DNA of 64,000 nucleotides from Acutalibacteraceae bacterium (GTDB taxonomy: Bacteria > Bacillota > Clostridia > Oscillospirales > Acutalibacteraceae): assembly GCA_045121075.1 (NCBI GenBank), contig JBGVFK010000005.1, forward strand, positions 6,913 to 70,912, given 5' to 3'. Each line of letters opens with the position of its first letter. The stretch's first letter is position 1. The notes under the pieces are model-generated. The model was not told where the DNA came from and made no database searches. It saw only the letters and a program-made list of their open reading frames with translations. Of this stretch, positions 8,242 to 19,067 are shown piece by piece. The position numbers were made by a program, and so were the translations under genes.

Positions 8242-9447
8242 TTATTTCATAAGTCTTCTGATTACAGCTTCGCAGTCTGCTTCGTCCATAATCTTGGGAA
8301 CGGGATAGAGAGGATTGCCTTCCTTAAGCGCACGCTTAACGATTGTGGGGATGTCTTCATCCTTAATGCAATCGAACTTATCCTGAATGTTCATGTTCTT
8401 GTTCATCTGCTTGATAGCTTCGATGAATGCTTCAGCCTTTTCCTTGTCAGTGCCGTCTGTCTTAACGCCAGCGATAACTGCAAGCTTTGCAAGACGAGCG
8501 TGAGCTGTTTCACCGTAGTATTCAAGAACGTAGGGAAGGATTACTGCATTTGCAAGACCGTGAGGAATGCCGTAGAAACCGCCAAGGTTGTGAGCGATTG
8601 CGTGAACATAACCAACGTAAGCTCTTGTGAATGCCATACCTGCATAGTATGAAGCCTTGAGCATTGTTTCTCTTGCTTCAATGTTCTTGCCGTCTGTGTA
8701 AGCTGTTTCAAGTGATTCGAAAATCATCTTTGTAGCCTTTTCAGCGTAAAGCTCTGTTGACTTAACGTTACTTCTGCCGATGTAAGCCTCAACTGCGTGA
8801 GTGAGAGCATCCATACCTGTTGTTGAAGTAATGTGAGGAGGAAGACCAGTTGTAAGCTCTGGATCAAGAACTGCATACTTGGGTCTGAGTCTGGGGTCGT
8901 TGATAGCGTTCTTTTCGTGAGTCTTACGGTCACTTACAACAGCTGCAAGTGTAACCTCTGAGCCTGTACCTGCTGTTGTGGGAACTGCAAAGAGAGGAGG
9001 AAGCTTATGTACAAGCTTGAGAACACCGCGCATCTTTCTTACGGGAATCTTGGGGTTAGAAACTCTTGCGCCTGCTGCCTTTGCGCAGTCCATAGGTGAA
9101 CCGCCGCCGAAAGCGATAAGACCTTCACAGTTGTTGTCAACATAAAGCTGACGAGCATCTTCAATGTTTTCAATTGAGGGGTTGGGTTCTGTGCCGTCGT
9201 AAACAACATAGTCAACGCCTGCCTTTGTCATCTCTTCAAAGAGAGAATCAAGAAGGTGGATGCCCATAAGACCCTTATCTGTTACGATAAGAACCTTGTT
9301 TACGCCCTTGCTCTTAATGAACTCGGGAAGCTTACGGATTGCTCCGGGACCCTCAAGTGTTTCGGGTTCTGTCCAGTCAAAAGCGAACATAGCAATCTTG
9401 AATGCTGACTGATATGCTCTGAAAAATGCTTTCTTTAACTGCCACAT
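8242..9447 (-). CDS. Iron-containing (group III) alcohol dehydrogenase
   Basis: The 401-aa ORF has GGGSPMDCAKA and His-rich metal-site motifs (HAIAHNLGGFYGIPHG). Confidence 0.85.
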   Translation of the reverse strand: MWQLKKAFFRAYQSAFKIAMFAFDWTEPETLEGPGAIRKLPEFIKSKGVNKVLIVTDKGLMGIHLLDSLFEEMTKAGVDYVVYDGTEPNPSIENIEDARQLYVDNNCEGLIAFGGGSPMDCAKAAGARVSNPKIPVRKMRGVLKLVHKLPPLFAVPTTAGTGSEVTLAAVVSDRKTHEKNAINDPRLRPKYAVLDPELTTGLPPHITSTTGMDALTHAVEAYIGRSNVKSTELYAEKATKMIFESLETAYTDGKNIEARETMLKASYYAGMAFTRAYVGYVHAIAHNLGGFYGIPHGLANAVILPYVLEYYGETAHARLAKLAVIAGVKTDGTDKEKAEAFIEAIKQMNKNMNIQDKFDCIKDEDIPTIVKRALKEGNPLYPVPKIMDEADCEAVIRRLMK

Positions 9448-9654
9448 TTTAAATCATCCTTTCAAATATATTAAGGTTTTGCTTTGCACATTTTATAATA
9501 CTATTTTTTTATTTACTTTGCAAGAGAAAAAGGAAAACTTTTACTGTTTATTGACTATTTAATTCTTACAATCTTAAAAGTGCGCTAAAGAGGGGTTAAA
9601 TTGTTGTAATAGAAAAGCTAATGTGTTATACTAAAATGTAATTGAGGTGAAGCT

Positions 9655-10431
9655 ATGTATAACGAACAGAACATAAAAAAAGAACTCACTGAAAAGATTG
9701 ATTTTATAATAAAGGACGAGGTGGGCTCAACCAACGATGAGCTCCAACTTCTCGCAAAAAACGGTGCGGATGAAGTTACCGTAATGCTTTCTGAATCTCA
9801 GACAGGCGGTAAGGGCAGAATGGGCAGAAGCTTTCATTCGCCAAAGGGCAGCGGAATTTATATGAGTATTCTTCTTCGCCCTTCATTTTTGCCTGAGGAC
9901 TGCAACCTTCTCACACCTATGACAGCTGTTGCGGCAGTTAAAGCAATTGAAGAAGTGTTTTCAGTTAAGGCTGATATAAAATGGGTCAATGATATTTATA
10001 TTGACGGCAGAAAGGTTGCAGGTATTCTCACAAAGGCGGCATTTTCATCATGTGCTAAAACTGACTATGTAATTATAGGTATCGGCATAAATCTTACTCC
10101 TCCTGAGGGTGGGTTTCACGATGAAATTAAGGATATTGCAGGCGCTGTATGCGAAAAGATTTCCTCAGAGGAAAGAGACAGACTTGTGGGCGTATTTTTA
10201 AGAGAGCTTCTTTCTTTTTATAAGGCTATGCCTGAAATTACCTTTTATGATGCTTACAAAGAAAGGCTTCTCTATCTTGGTGAAGAAATTACCGTAAGAG
10301 AAAAGGAAAGCTTTTATGAGGCTACAGTAATTGGTGTTGATGAAAGACTTAGACTGAAGGTAAAGCTTAAAGACGGAAAAGAAAAGCTTCTTTATACCGA
10401 AGAAATTACTATAAGAAAAAAAGAGGGATAA
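9655..10431 (+). CDS. birA: Biotin--[acetyl-CoA-carboxylase] ligase, class I (no N-terminal HTH)
   Basis: The biotin-binding loop QTGGKGRMGRSFHSPKGSGIYMS is present. At 258 aa the protein is too short for a repressor domain. Confidence 0.8.
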   Translation: MYNEQNIKKELTEKIDFIIKDEVGSTNDELQLLAKNGADEVTVMLSESQTGGKGRMGRSFHSPKGSGIYMSILLRPSFLPEDCNLLTPMTAVAAVKAIEEVFSVKADIKWVNDIYIDGRKVAGILTKAAFSSCAKTDYVIIGIGINLTPPEGGFHDEIKDIAGAVCEKISSEERDRLVGVFLRELLSFYKAMPEITFYDAYKERLLYLGEEITVREKESFYEATVIGVDERLRLKVKLKDGKEKLLYTEEITIRKKEG

Positions 10432-10432
10432 A

Positions 10433-11740
10433 ATGAAAAGGAATATAAAAAATGCAGTTGTAATAGTTGTAGCAATTATTGCGGCAATACTTACATGCTT
10501 TGCAGCACTTACCTTCAGTGGCACAGTTTCCTTTGTTGAGCCTACAACAACTGCTGCACCTACAACAGAAGCACCAACAACTGAGCCGCCACCACCGTAT
10601 ATTACCTCAACGGCAACAATACGCTCAGCAGGCGATGTGCTTATTCACATTCCCGTTTACACTGCGGCTAAAACTGCTGACGGCTACAATTTCGATAATA
10701 TTTTCACTTACACAGAAAGCCTTATTGAGGACTGCGACTACTTTGTTGCAAATCTTGAAACTACTCTTGCCGGCACAGGCGTAGCCTACAGCGGTTTTCC
10801 ACGCTTCAATTCACCTGATGCAATTGCAGATTCACTTAAAAAGGCAGGCGTTGACTGTCTGCTTACTGCAAATAACCACACCTTTGACAAAAACAATGCG
10901 GGCGTTATCCGCACTCAGGAAGTGATTAAAGAAAAAGGCTTTGATTACACAGGCACAAGACTTAATGAAGATGGCAGAAAGTTTATTATTTCCGATGTGA
11001 ACGGAATAAAATTCGGCTTTATCTGTTATACCTATGAAACTCCATCATCAGAGGGCAGGAAGTCACTTAACGGACTTACTGTTGATACAGCAACAGCACC
11101 GCTTATAAATTCATTCAAGCCTGATAATCCCGAGCCCTTTTATGAAGAGCTGAAGGCTGAAATGAAAAAGATGAAGAAAAAGGGTGCAGAGGTTATAACC
11201 GTTTATATGCACTGGGGTGAGGAGTATCAGCTTTCACCCAACAATAAGCAGAAGGAAATTGCTCAGAAGCTCTGTGATATGGGTGTTGATGTAATTATCG
11301 GCGGACATCCCCATGTTGTGCAGCCCGTTGACCTTTTAACCTCAAGTAACGGAAAGCACAAAACAGTCTGCGTTTATTCAATGGGTAATGTGCTTTCAAA
11401 TCAGCGCAGAGCATATATGGGTCTTAAAACAGGTCATACAGAAGACGGACTCACCTTTGAAATGACCTTTTCAAAATACAGCGACGGCAAGGTTGTTTTT
11501 GAAAGCGTAAAGAGTATTCCTACATGGGTGCATGTGTACTCGTCAGGCGGTAAAAAGGTGTATAACATTGTGCCGCTTTCAAAGAATATGGATGAAAAAG
11601 CCGAAAGCCTTGGTCTTAATAAGTCGGGTGACGGCTTAAGTCAGGCAAAGGCATCATACGAAAGAACAATGGCTCTTGTAAAAGAGGGTACTGACAAATG
11701 TAACAAGTATCTGAAGGCAAAGGACAGAGTTGTTAACTAA
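10433..11740 (+). CDS. CapA-family metallophosphatase-like protein with N-terminal membrane anchor
   Basis: A TM anchor and a Thr/Pro linker are followed by SAGDVLIH...NLETTLAG...ANNHTFD...GGHPHVVQP motifs of the CapA/PGA_cap family. Confidence 0.75.
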   Translation: MKRNIKNAVVIVVAIIAAILTCFAALTFSGTVSFVEPTTTAAPTTEAPTTEPPPPYITSTATIRSAGDVLIHIPVYTAAKTADGYNFDNIFTYTESLIEDCDYFVANLETTLAGTGVAYSGFPRFNSPDAIADSLKKAGVDCLLTANNHTFDKNNAGVIRTQEVIKEKGFDYTGTRLNEDGRKFIISDVNGIKFGFICYTYETPSSEGRKSLNGLTVDTATAPLINSFKPDNPEPFYEELKAEMKKMKKKGAEVITVYMHWGEEYQLSPNNKQKEIAQKLCDMGVDVIIGGHPHVVQPVDLLTSSNGKHKTVCVYSMGNVLSNQRRAYMGLKTGHTEDGLTFEMTFSKYSDGKVVFESVKSIPTWVHVYSSGGKKVYNIVPLSKNMDEKAESLGLNKSGDGLSQAKASYERTMALVKEGTDKCNKYLKAKDRVVN

Positions 11741-11749
11741 GGAGAGAAT

Positions 11750-13453
11750 ATGAGAATAATTTCATTTATTTTATCGGTTATTATGAGTGCATTCAGCTTT
11801 TTACCCTGCTTTAAGGATGATATGAAAATTGACGCAATACAAAAAGAAATGCCCGGTGATGCTTACAGCTTTACCGATGGCGGTGCAGTTTCGGTGCACG
11901 ACCCGTCACTTTTTAAGGCAAAGGACGGCACCTATTATGCTTACGGCACACACATCACAACAGCCAAAAGTACTGACCTTATTAACTGGCAGTATGTTTC
12001 AAGCGGTGTGTGCGACAATAACAGACTTCTTGTGCCTGAGGGCAAAACCTTAAGACAGGCACTTGCTGAGCCCTTATCCTGGTGCGATGCGGCTCAGGTG
12101 CAGTGGGGCACAGCCGAAGAGGAATGGCAGACCAATGTGTGGGCACCGTCAGTTATCTACAACAAATTCCTGAGAAAGTACTGCTACTACGGAAGCACCT
12201 CACTTTTCGGCACTGCAAACTCAGTTATATGGATGGCAACCTCAAAAAATCCTGAGGGTCCCTTTGTTTATGAGGAATGTCTTCTTTACAGCGGCTTCAA
12301 TAAGCATATCACTGCTGAGGGTGACATAATGTATCCCACTCATTATAAATTCACTAACCTCGGTGAGCTTTCACAGACTCTTGTTTACACCAAAAAGCAG
12401 ATTGAAGCCCAAAGCTGGTTTCATTGGTGGGACGGATATGATAACTCCTACGGAAAAGCTCCTAACTGCATTGACCCTGCAGCTTTCTATGATAAAAAAG
12501 GCAATCTCTGGATGACCTACGGCTCATACAGTGGCGGCACATACATTGTACCGCTTTGCAAAACAACAGGTATGCCCGACTTTTTCAAAATGAAGCGCAC
12601 CAAGGGCTATGATATGTACTTCGGTAAAAAGCTTCTTTCAACCAACGAAGAGCTTGAGGGCAGCGGTGAAGGTCCCTTTATTCTTTACGATAAGGAAACA
12701 GATTACTACTATCTCTTCATCACCTACGGCTACCTTGATGCTGCAGGCGGATACAATATAAGACAGTATCGCAGTAAAAATCCCGACGGCCCTTATGTTG
12801 ATGTTATGGGCAATGACGGAAACGAAATGAAAAACACCGGTCTAAAAATCAGCGGTAACTACGGCTTTGAGGGAGAGGGTATGGCATACCTTTCAAGCGG
12901 TCACAGCTCCTATCTTTCAGACGACGGAAAGATTTTTGAAGCCTTCCACACCCGTTATAACGATGGCTACGGCGGTTACTTCGATATGAAAATTCATCAG
13001 ATGGTGCGTACAGAGTCAGGCTGGCTTACACCTCTGCCTTTTACATATAAGGGTGAAGCAGTGAATAAGTCCGGCTTTGATAAGGCAATCCTTTACGGTG
13101 AATGGCAGATAGTTGACCTTAATTCTGTTACTGTAAAGGCTGAAAATACAGACGGCACAACTGATTTTGATTCCTCAGTTTCACCCACACAAAAGGTTGT
13201 CTTTACAGAAAAGGGCGAAATCAAGGGCTTTACTGATTACATTCCTTCAGAATTCAATGCAACCGAAAAAGGCGAAAAAGTAAACGGCAGCTTTACCTAT
13301 AACGGCGGCACAGAGTTTTTAACAATTACACTTGGCGATGTGGAATATGAGGGCGTGCTTTGTGAAATGACAGGCGAAAGCGGAAAAAGATACATAGCCC
13401 TTTCAGCTGTTGGCAGTGACAACTCAACACTTCTCGGCATAAAAGAATTTTAA
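11750..13453 (+). CDS. Glycoside hydrolase family 43 protein (arabinanase-like) with C-terminal extra domain
   Basis: VHDPSLFKAKDGTYYAYGTH together with WAPSV and EGP motifs is characteristic of a GH43 five-bladed propeller. Confidence 0.75.
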   Translation: MRIISFILSVIMSAFSFLPCFKDDMKIDAIQKEMPGDAYSFTDGGAVSVHDPSLFKAKDGTYYAYGTHITTAKSTDLINWQYVSSGVCDNNRLLVPEGKTLRQALAEPLSWCDAAQVQWGTAEEEWQTNVWAPSVIYNKFLRKYCYYGSTSLFGTANSVIWMATSKNPEGPFVYEECLLYSGFNKHITAEGDIMYPTHYKFTNLGELSQTLVYTKKQIEAQSWFHWWDGYDNSYGKAPNCIDPAAFYDKKGNLWMTYGSYSGGTYIVPLCKTTGMPDFFKMKRTKGYDMYFGKKLLSTNEELEGSGEGPFILYDKETDYYYLFITYGYLDAAGGYNIRQYRSKNPDGPYVDVMGNDGNEMKNTGLKISGNYGFEGEGMAYLSSGHSSYLSDDGKIFEAFHTRYNDGYGGYFDMKIHQMVRTESGWLTPLPFTYKGEAVNKSGFDKAILYGEWQIVDLNSVTVKAENTDGTTDFDSSVSPTQKVVFTEKGEIKGFTDYIPSEFNATEKGEKVNGSFTYNGGTEFLTITLGDVEYEGVLCEMTGESGKRYIALSAVGSDNSTLLGIKEF

Positions 13454-13480
13454 TTAAGCTACAAAGGAGGCGAAAGCCTG

Positions 13481-15511
13481 ATGGAAAAATTAAGGAGGAA
13501 AACCGACGGACTAATTCTTCTTTATTCCTTTACCATACCTGCCCTGGCAGTGCTTTTAAGCTTCGCCTTCAAGGAGCTTTCACCCTTTGGCGGACGCAGT
13601 ATAATTTCAATGGACGGCTTTTCGCAATATTATCCTATGCTGATAAATATGACCGAAAGCATAAAAGACGGAGAGGTTTTCTATAGCTTTTCCGGTGCCT
13701 TGGGCTTTAACCTCTGGGCGCAGAATGCTTACTACACCAACAGCCCCTTATGGCTTATTCTCTATCTCGTGCCTCATCAGTATCAGGTGCTTGCAATTGA
13801 CCTTATTGTGGTGCTGAAATTTGCGCTTGCAGGTCTGTTTTTCGCCTTAAGGCTTACAAAGGTAGGTAAAGCAGAGGGCTACAAAAAACGCTTCTTTGTT
13901 TACACTGCCTTTTCAGTGTGTTATGCCCTCAGCGGTTATATGCTCGCCTTTGTAAATCAGCTTATGTGGACAGATGTGATTATTCTTCTGCCTCTTGTAA
14001 TTCTCGGCTGTGAAAAGCTTTTCAGTGAGGGCAAAACCGCACTTTATGTAGTTACACTTTTCCTTTCAATATGGAGCTGCTTTTATATCAGCTATATGGT
14101 GTGCGTTTTCCTTTGCCTTTACTTTATTTACCTTTCATTCAGAGAAAAGCACAGCATTAAAGATGTAATAAAAAAGGGCGTGCATTTTTCCTTTGCCTCA
14201 CTTGTTGCAGGCGGTATGGCAGGCGTTGTGCTTCTGCCCACAATCAAGGCACTTTCTCTTACAATGGCAAGTGATATGGGCTTTACAGGCGGACTTGAAA
14301 TCAAGTATAGCCTTTTTGAAATTCTTCGTCAGCTTCTTCCCTTTCAGAAGGTTTCTCTTGAATACGGAGCACCGAATCTTTACTGCTCAGTGTTTGCAGT
14401 TGTGCTTATGACAGCATTTTTCCTTACTAAAAAGGTGCCGAAGAGAGAAAGAATAATCTCCTTTGCTTTTGTTACATTTATGTTTGTTTCAATGAGCGTT
14501 AATCTTGGCGAATTTGTGTGGCACGGCTTTCATTTTCCCAATCAGCTTCCGGCAAGACAGAGCTTTCTTGTTATCTTCCTTATTCTCTCTCTTGCGGTTA
14601 AGGGTGCGGAAAATCTCACACTAAAAAAAGAGGAGCTGCTGCATTATGCTTCCGTCTTATCAGCGTTGACGGTAGTTTTCAGTTTTATAACAATTTTTCT
14701 TGCCAACACCTGGGCAAGCCGAATGGATTCACTGCAACGATATGAAAGCTCGGTAGAAAACGTAAAGGAAATCATAGCAGAAGAGGACTTTTACCGTATG
14801 GAATGGTCAGGCGAAAAAAAGAACAATATGCCTCAGCAGTGCACCTACAACGGTGTGTGCTACTATTCCTCAACTATGTCAGCCGATGCCTGGAATTTCT
14901 TCCAGAATCTTGGCATGGAGCGATATGCGCAGAGAGTCAGCACTCATTACACAGGCTCGCAGATGACTGACGACCTTTTCGGTATAAAATATGTTCTTAC
15001 AGAAAATCTTACATTTGAAAGCCCAGATGAAAGATTAAGCATTACAGAAAACGAAGATGCTCTTCCTCTTGGCTATCTTTCAGAAAAGGATGTGCTTACT
15101 CTTGACCTTTCTGAATTTGAAAAAGGCAAGGAAGCACAGAAGGCGCTTTTCAATTCAATTGTAAAAGACGGCAGTGAAAATTACGATGAAGCCATTGACT
15201 ACCTTCACAAAAACGGCTTTATAATGACAGAATTTGACACGGATTACATCAAGGGCACAGCCCTGACGGACAAAGACGGAGCTTTCCTTTTCTCGATTCC
15301 TTACGATGAGGGCTGGCAAGTTAAAATTGACGGCAAGGAAGCTGAAACTAAAAAAGCCGCAGGGTATCTTCTTGCGGTTGAAACTGAAAAGGGCACTCAT
15401 GAATTTGAGCTTACTTATACTGTGCCGGGAATTGAAGCAGGTGCGGTTATAAGTTTTGTGTCCCTTCTTTCATTCTGCGTGATGCTGTTAATCAGAAGGA
15501 AGAAAACTTAA
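13481..15511 (+). CDS. YfhO-family polytopic membrane protein (putative glycosyltransferase)
   Basis: The 676-aa protein has many TM segments, an N-terminal GGRSIISMDGFSQYYP motif, and a large C-terminal extracytoplasmic domain plus a final TM. This is the typical YfhO layout. Confidence 0.75.
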   Translation: MEKLRRKTDGLILLYSFTIPALAVLLSFAFKELSPFGGRSIISMDGFSQYYPMLINMTESIKDGEVFYSFSGALGFNLWAQNAYYTNSPLWLILYLVPHQYQVLAIDLIVVLKFALAGLFFALRLTKVGKAEGYKKRFFVYTAFSVCYALSGYMLAFVNQLMWTDVIILLPLVILGCEKLFSEGKTALYVVTLFLSIWSCFYISYMVCVFLCLYFIYLSFREKHSIKDVIKKGVHFSFASLVAGGMAGVVLLPTIKALSLTMASDMGFTGGLEIKYSLFEILRQLLPFQKVSLEYGAPNLYCSVFAVVLMTAFFLTKKVPKRERIISFAFVTFMFVSMSVNLGEFVWHGFHFPNQLPARQSFLVIFLILSLAVKGAENLTLKKEELLHYASVLSALTVVFSFITIFLANTWASRMDSLQRYESSVENVKEIIAEEDFYRMEWSGEKKNNMPQQCTYNGVCYYSSTMSADAWNFFQNLGMERYAQRVSTHYTGSQMTDDLFGIKYVLTENLTFESPDERLSITENEDALPLGYLSEKDVLTLDLSEFEKGKEAQKALFNSIVKDGSENYDEAIDYLHKNGFIMTEFDTDYIKGTALTDKDGAFLFSIPYDEGWQVKIDGKEAETKKAAGYLLAVETEKGTHEFELTYTVPGIEAGAVISFVSLLSFCVMLLIRRKKT

Positions 15512-15522
15512 AACATCAGATA

Positions 15523-15553
15523 ACACCGCCACATTAAGTGAGCGGTGTTTTTC
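15523..15553 (+). terminator. Rho-independent terminator
   Basis: The hairpin acaccgc-(12 nt)-gcggtgt is followed by ttttt. Confidence 0.7.
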
Positions 15554-15672
15554 TTGGGCTTCGTCAGTAAGCTGAAATTGTAATACTTTTGTTATAATTT
15601 TGTGCTACTGTTTGTAAGAAATAACTTTTACAATAAAAATGTACCAAGGAAAGTGCAAAAGGAGAGAAAGCA

Positions 15673-16365
15673 ATGTATAAGGTTCTGGTATGTGATGACG
15701 ATAAGGCGATTGTCCGTTCAATTGAAATTTACCTTGACTCTCAGGGCTACGAGACCGTAAGTGCCTATAACGGCAAGGAGGCTCTTGAAATTCTTAAAAA
15801 GGACAAGGATATTCACTGCATTATTATGGATATAATGATGCCCGTAATGGACGGTATAACTGCTACCCTTGAAATCAGAAAGGAGAGCAATATTCCCATT
15901 ATCTTCCTTTCTGCAAAAAGTGAGGACACAGACAAAATTGCAGGTCTCGGCTTTGGCGGTGACGATTATGTAACCAAGCCCTTCAGTCCTCTGGAGCTTT
16001 GTGCAAGGGTAAAATCACAGATAAGACGCTTTGTTTCTTTAGGCTCAAGAGTTGAAGAAAAGGATGTAATTACCACCGGTGGACTTTCTCTTGACCTTAA
16101 GCGAAAGAGTGTTACCCTTGACGGTGAAGAGGTAAGACTTACCGCAACGGAGTACGGCATACTCGAATACCTTATGAAAAATCTCGGCATTGCAATTTCC
16201 TCAAATCAGATTTTCGAAAACGTGTGGAACGAAAACGCTTTCTCTGCAGAAAAAACTGTAACGGTACACATCAGACGAATAAGAGAAAAAATTGAAATTG
16301 ACACAAAGAATCCTAAATATTTAAAGGTGGTGTGGGGAATTGGATACAAGGTCGAAAAAATCTAA
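15673..16365 (+). CDS. OmpR-family response regulator
   Basis: A receiver domain (VCDDD...MDIMMP...SAKS) is followed by a winged-helix C-terminal domain (LTATEYGILEYL...VWGIGYK). Confidence 0.9.
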   Translation: MYKVLVCDDDKAIVRSIEIYLDSQGYETVSAYNGKEALEILKKDKDIHCIIMDIMMPVMDGITATLEIRKESNIPIIFLSAKSEDTDKIAGLGFGGDDYVTKPFSPLELCARVKSQIRRFVSLGSRVEEKDVITTGGLSLDLKRKSVTLDGEEVRLTATEYGILEYLMKNLGIAISSNQIFENVWNENAFSAEKTVTVHIRRIREKIEIDTKNPKYLKVVWGIGYKVEKI

Positions 16366-19045
16366 AATTACTTTTACAAAGGTCCTCTGCGTTATTATGA
16401 TACTGCTTACTGTTGGCTTTTGTACCTTCAGTGCGGTTGAAAGAGTTGACACAGTATGGCACAGCAGCGCAACAAAGGTTACACTTGACGATGCACTGCA
16501 GTTTGACTCATTGTACAGAATGGAAGGAACAGTATTTGCAAGTCAGCTGGATAATTACCTTATGCACATTGATTCACTTGCAAAGTACGAAAGCGGCAGT
16601 AAGGAAGCCTATGAAAGAAACACAGTTACAAACAAGGCTGCTGCTGAAAATCTAAAAAAAGATATGATTTACCATATCAAAAAGGATATGTACAGAACCA
16701 ATAAGAATGGTGAAACTGAAGGTATTGTAGGTCTTCTTGAGCTTTCTGAAGCAGGCTACCTTTCACTTGATTATATGAATGTTACCTCAGGTGAAGCAGG
16801 CAGATATGTGGACTTTAAAACTGAATTTTCCTACTGGGAATTGGAATACGAGGATTATCCGGACTTTTTTGTTGACGAGCCTGATATGTATTACAACGGC
16901 ACATGGGATGACACACATTCGAACAACTCAACCGTTGATTATTATTTCAACAGTTTTCCTGCGGATGTAAAAAAGATGGCTGAGGAAATGGGTTATGATC
17001 TTGTTGTTCCCATAAATGCCTATATTTATGAAACTGACGTTGATGAAACCGTAATGTACACAACCCTTGTGCCCAATCCGACAAATATTGACGGTGAGCT
17101 TTCATTTGAAAACAGCAATACCTCATATATGTTCGGCTTTTACGGCGTTACCTTTAATGATGCAAAGCTTCAGGATGAGCTTTATAACTTACCTTACTCA
17201 ACCTATGAGGGTTTTCTTAATAAATATGAGGAAGAAAGAGCTGAGCTTAAAAATTACCCCTCAGCTTACTTTGCAACCCTCAGAAACGGCAAGGTTGTTT
17301 CAACAAACATAAAGGGCTTAACCGAAAAATCCACAGAGTATGATGTTATGAAGGCTATCGGCAAGTGCGATTTTCAGGCGCGCTTCAAAAACGATAGCTG
17401 GGATATAGTAAAATCTGAAGGACTTACTGACATAGACGGCTTCCTTTTTGATAGCTGCGAAGCAGAAAGTGAGCTTCATATTGTGGGAATTTATCCCCAC
17501 GGCACTGATAAAACTGAGCCCTTCCACGCAAAGCTGGGCAAAGAATATCAGCATAATTTTCTTATGATGAAGAAGGCAATTCAGGAAATGATCTGGATTG
17601 CACTTATCGGTCTTGCAATCTGCATTTTCTTCGGTCTTATTCTGGTTGTGAAAAGCGGCAGATATAAAAAAGATGATGAAGTCTATATGGCATATCTCGA
17701 CAAGATGTGGGTTGAAGTGAGAACGGCAATTGACGGAGCAATAATTTTCTTCTTTGGCTGGTTGTTCCTTGATGAACTATTCTCATTGAGTAACAGCTTC
17801 GTGGCTATAAACGCTGTTCTTATGACAGCTATGGCAGTTGTTGTTGCGGCGGCACTTCTTGATCTTATACTTTACATCACAAGACATATTAAAAACCGTG
17901 ACCTCGGTAAGAGCTTTATGGTGGCATGGATATTCAACAAGATAATCAAGGGTGTCTGGAACTTCTTCAGAAAGAACAAAGAAAAGCTTAAGGCTAAGAA
18001 GGAAGAAATCCTCAGAAGATATATCTACGTTGGTGATGTTGAGACCGAGGTTAAGAGAAAAACTCTCATAGTTATTCTTATCAATATTGTTGTGGGCAGC
18101 TTTGCAGTTATTCTTCTTGCGGCAGAAACCGTCTTTTTCTGTGCACTCATTGTTGTTGCTCTCTTCCTTTTCGACTGCTATATTCTTCTTCGAGGTGTCC
18201 GTTTTGTGGGCGCAGTAAAGAGACTTTTTATGGTTACAGCTGAAATCCGTAACGGTGAAGAAAACGCAAGAGTGGACTACACTGCTATTCCCGAAGCTTT
18301 CCATAAAACTGCAGATGACCTTATGGGCATCCGTGACGGAATCAAAAATGCAGTTGATAAGGCAATGCAGAACGAAAAAATGAAAACCGAGCTTATCACC
18401 AACGTTTCTCACGACCTGAAAACTCCGCTTACAAGTATTATCAATTATGTTGACCTTCTTCAGAAGTGCAATATCGAAGACGAAACTGCACAGAGCTATC
18501 TTGCTGTCCTCAGCGAAAAGAGTGACCGTCTCAAGCACCTTATTGAAGACCTTGTTGAAGCTTCAAAGGCTTCCTCAGGCGCAATTAATGTAAATACAGT
18601 TTCCGTAAGCGTAAACGAGTTTATAAGTCAGCTTACAGGTGAGCACGGTGAGGGTCTCTCTGAGAAAAATCTCTCTGTAATTGTAAATCTCCCCGACGAA
18701 AATATTATCGTTAAGGCAGACAGTAATCTTCTTTACAGAGTGCTTGAAAACCTTGTTGTAAACGTAAAGAAGTACGCAATGGAGCATACCCGAGTTTACA
18801 TCAGCGCTCAGAAATCAGGTGCATCGGCAAAGATTATTATCAAGAACATTTCTGCTGCACCCTTAAATATGACTCCTGAGGAGCTTAAGAGCCGATTCGT
18901 CCGTGGTGATGAATCACGCTCAACCTCAGGCAACGGTCTCGGTCTTTCAATTGCAGAAAACCTCTGCAACCTGATGAAGGGTAAGCTTGATATCGCAATT
19001 GACGGTGACCTTTTCACCGCAACGGTTGAAATGCCGCTTGAATAA
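16340..19045 (+). CDS. Sensor histidine kinase with ~400-aa extracytoplasmic domain
   Basis: The H-box is ELITNVSHDLKTPLTSI and the N/G boxes are ENLVVNVKKYA and GNGLGLSIAE. The TTG start overlaps the response-regulator gene and has an AAGGTGG RBS about 9 nt upstream. Confidence 0.85.
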   Translation: MDTRSKKSKITFTKVLCVIMILLTVGFCTFSAVERVDTVWHSSATKVTLDDALQFDSLYRMEGTVFASQLDNYLMHIDSLAKYESGSKEAYERNTVTNKAAAENLKKDMIYHIKKDMYRTNKNGETEGIVGLLELSEAGYLSLDYMNVTSGEAGRYVDFKTEFSYWELEYEDYPDFFVDEPDMYYNGTWDDTHSNNSTVDYYFNSFPADVKKMAEEMGYDLVVPINAYIYETDVDETVMYTTLVPNPTNIDGELSFENSNTSYMFGFYGVTFNDAKLQDELYNLPYSTYEGFLNKYEEERAELKNYPSAYFATLRNGKVVSTNIKGLTEKSTEYDVMKAIGKCDFQARFKNDSWDIVKSEGLTDIDGFLFDSCEAESELHIVGIYPHGTDKTEPFHAKLGKEYQHNFLMMKKAIQEMIWIALIGLAICIFFGLILVVKSGRYKKDDEVYMAYLDKMWVEVRTAIDGAIIFFFGWLFLDELFSLSNSFVAINAVLMTAMAVVVAAALLDLILYITRHIKNRDLGKSFMVAWIFNKIIKGVWNFFRKNKEKLKAKKEEILRRYIYVGDVETEVKRKTLIVILINIVVGSFAVILLAAETVFFCALIVVALFLFDCYILLRGVRFVGAVKRLFMVTAEIRNGEENARVDYTAIPEAFHKTADDLMGIRDGIKNAVDKAMQNEKMKTELITNVSHDLKTPLTSIINYVDLLQKCNIEDETAQSYLAVLSEKSDRLKHLIEDLVEASKASSGAINVNTVSVSVNEFISQLTGEHGEGLSEKNLSVIVNLPDENIIVKADSNLLYRVLENLVVNVKKYAMEHTRVYISAQKSGASAKIIIKNISAAPLNMTPEELKSRFVRGDESRSTSGNGLGLSIAENLCNLMKGKLDIAIDGDLFTATVEMPLE

Positions 19046-19066
19046 AAGCCCGAGAGGGCTTTTATT
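19045..19066 (+). terminator. Rho-independent terminator
   Basis: The hairpin agccc-gaga-gggct is followed by tttatt. Confidence 0.65.
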
Positions 19067-19067
19067 C

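Noticed and set aside
17783-18538. A 251-aa ORF antisense to the histidine kinase gene
   Set aside because: It lies entirely within a strongly supported kinase CDS on the other strand. The predicted protein is Cys/Asn/Phe-rich low-complexity sequence with no RBS or motifs. This is a typical shadow ORF.
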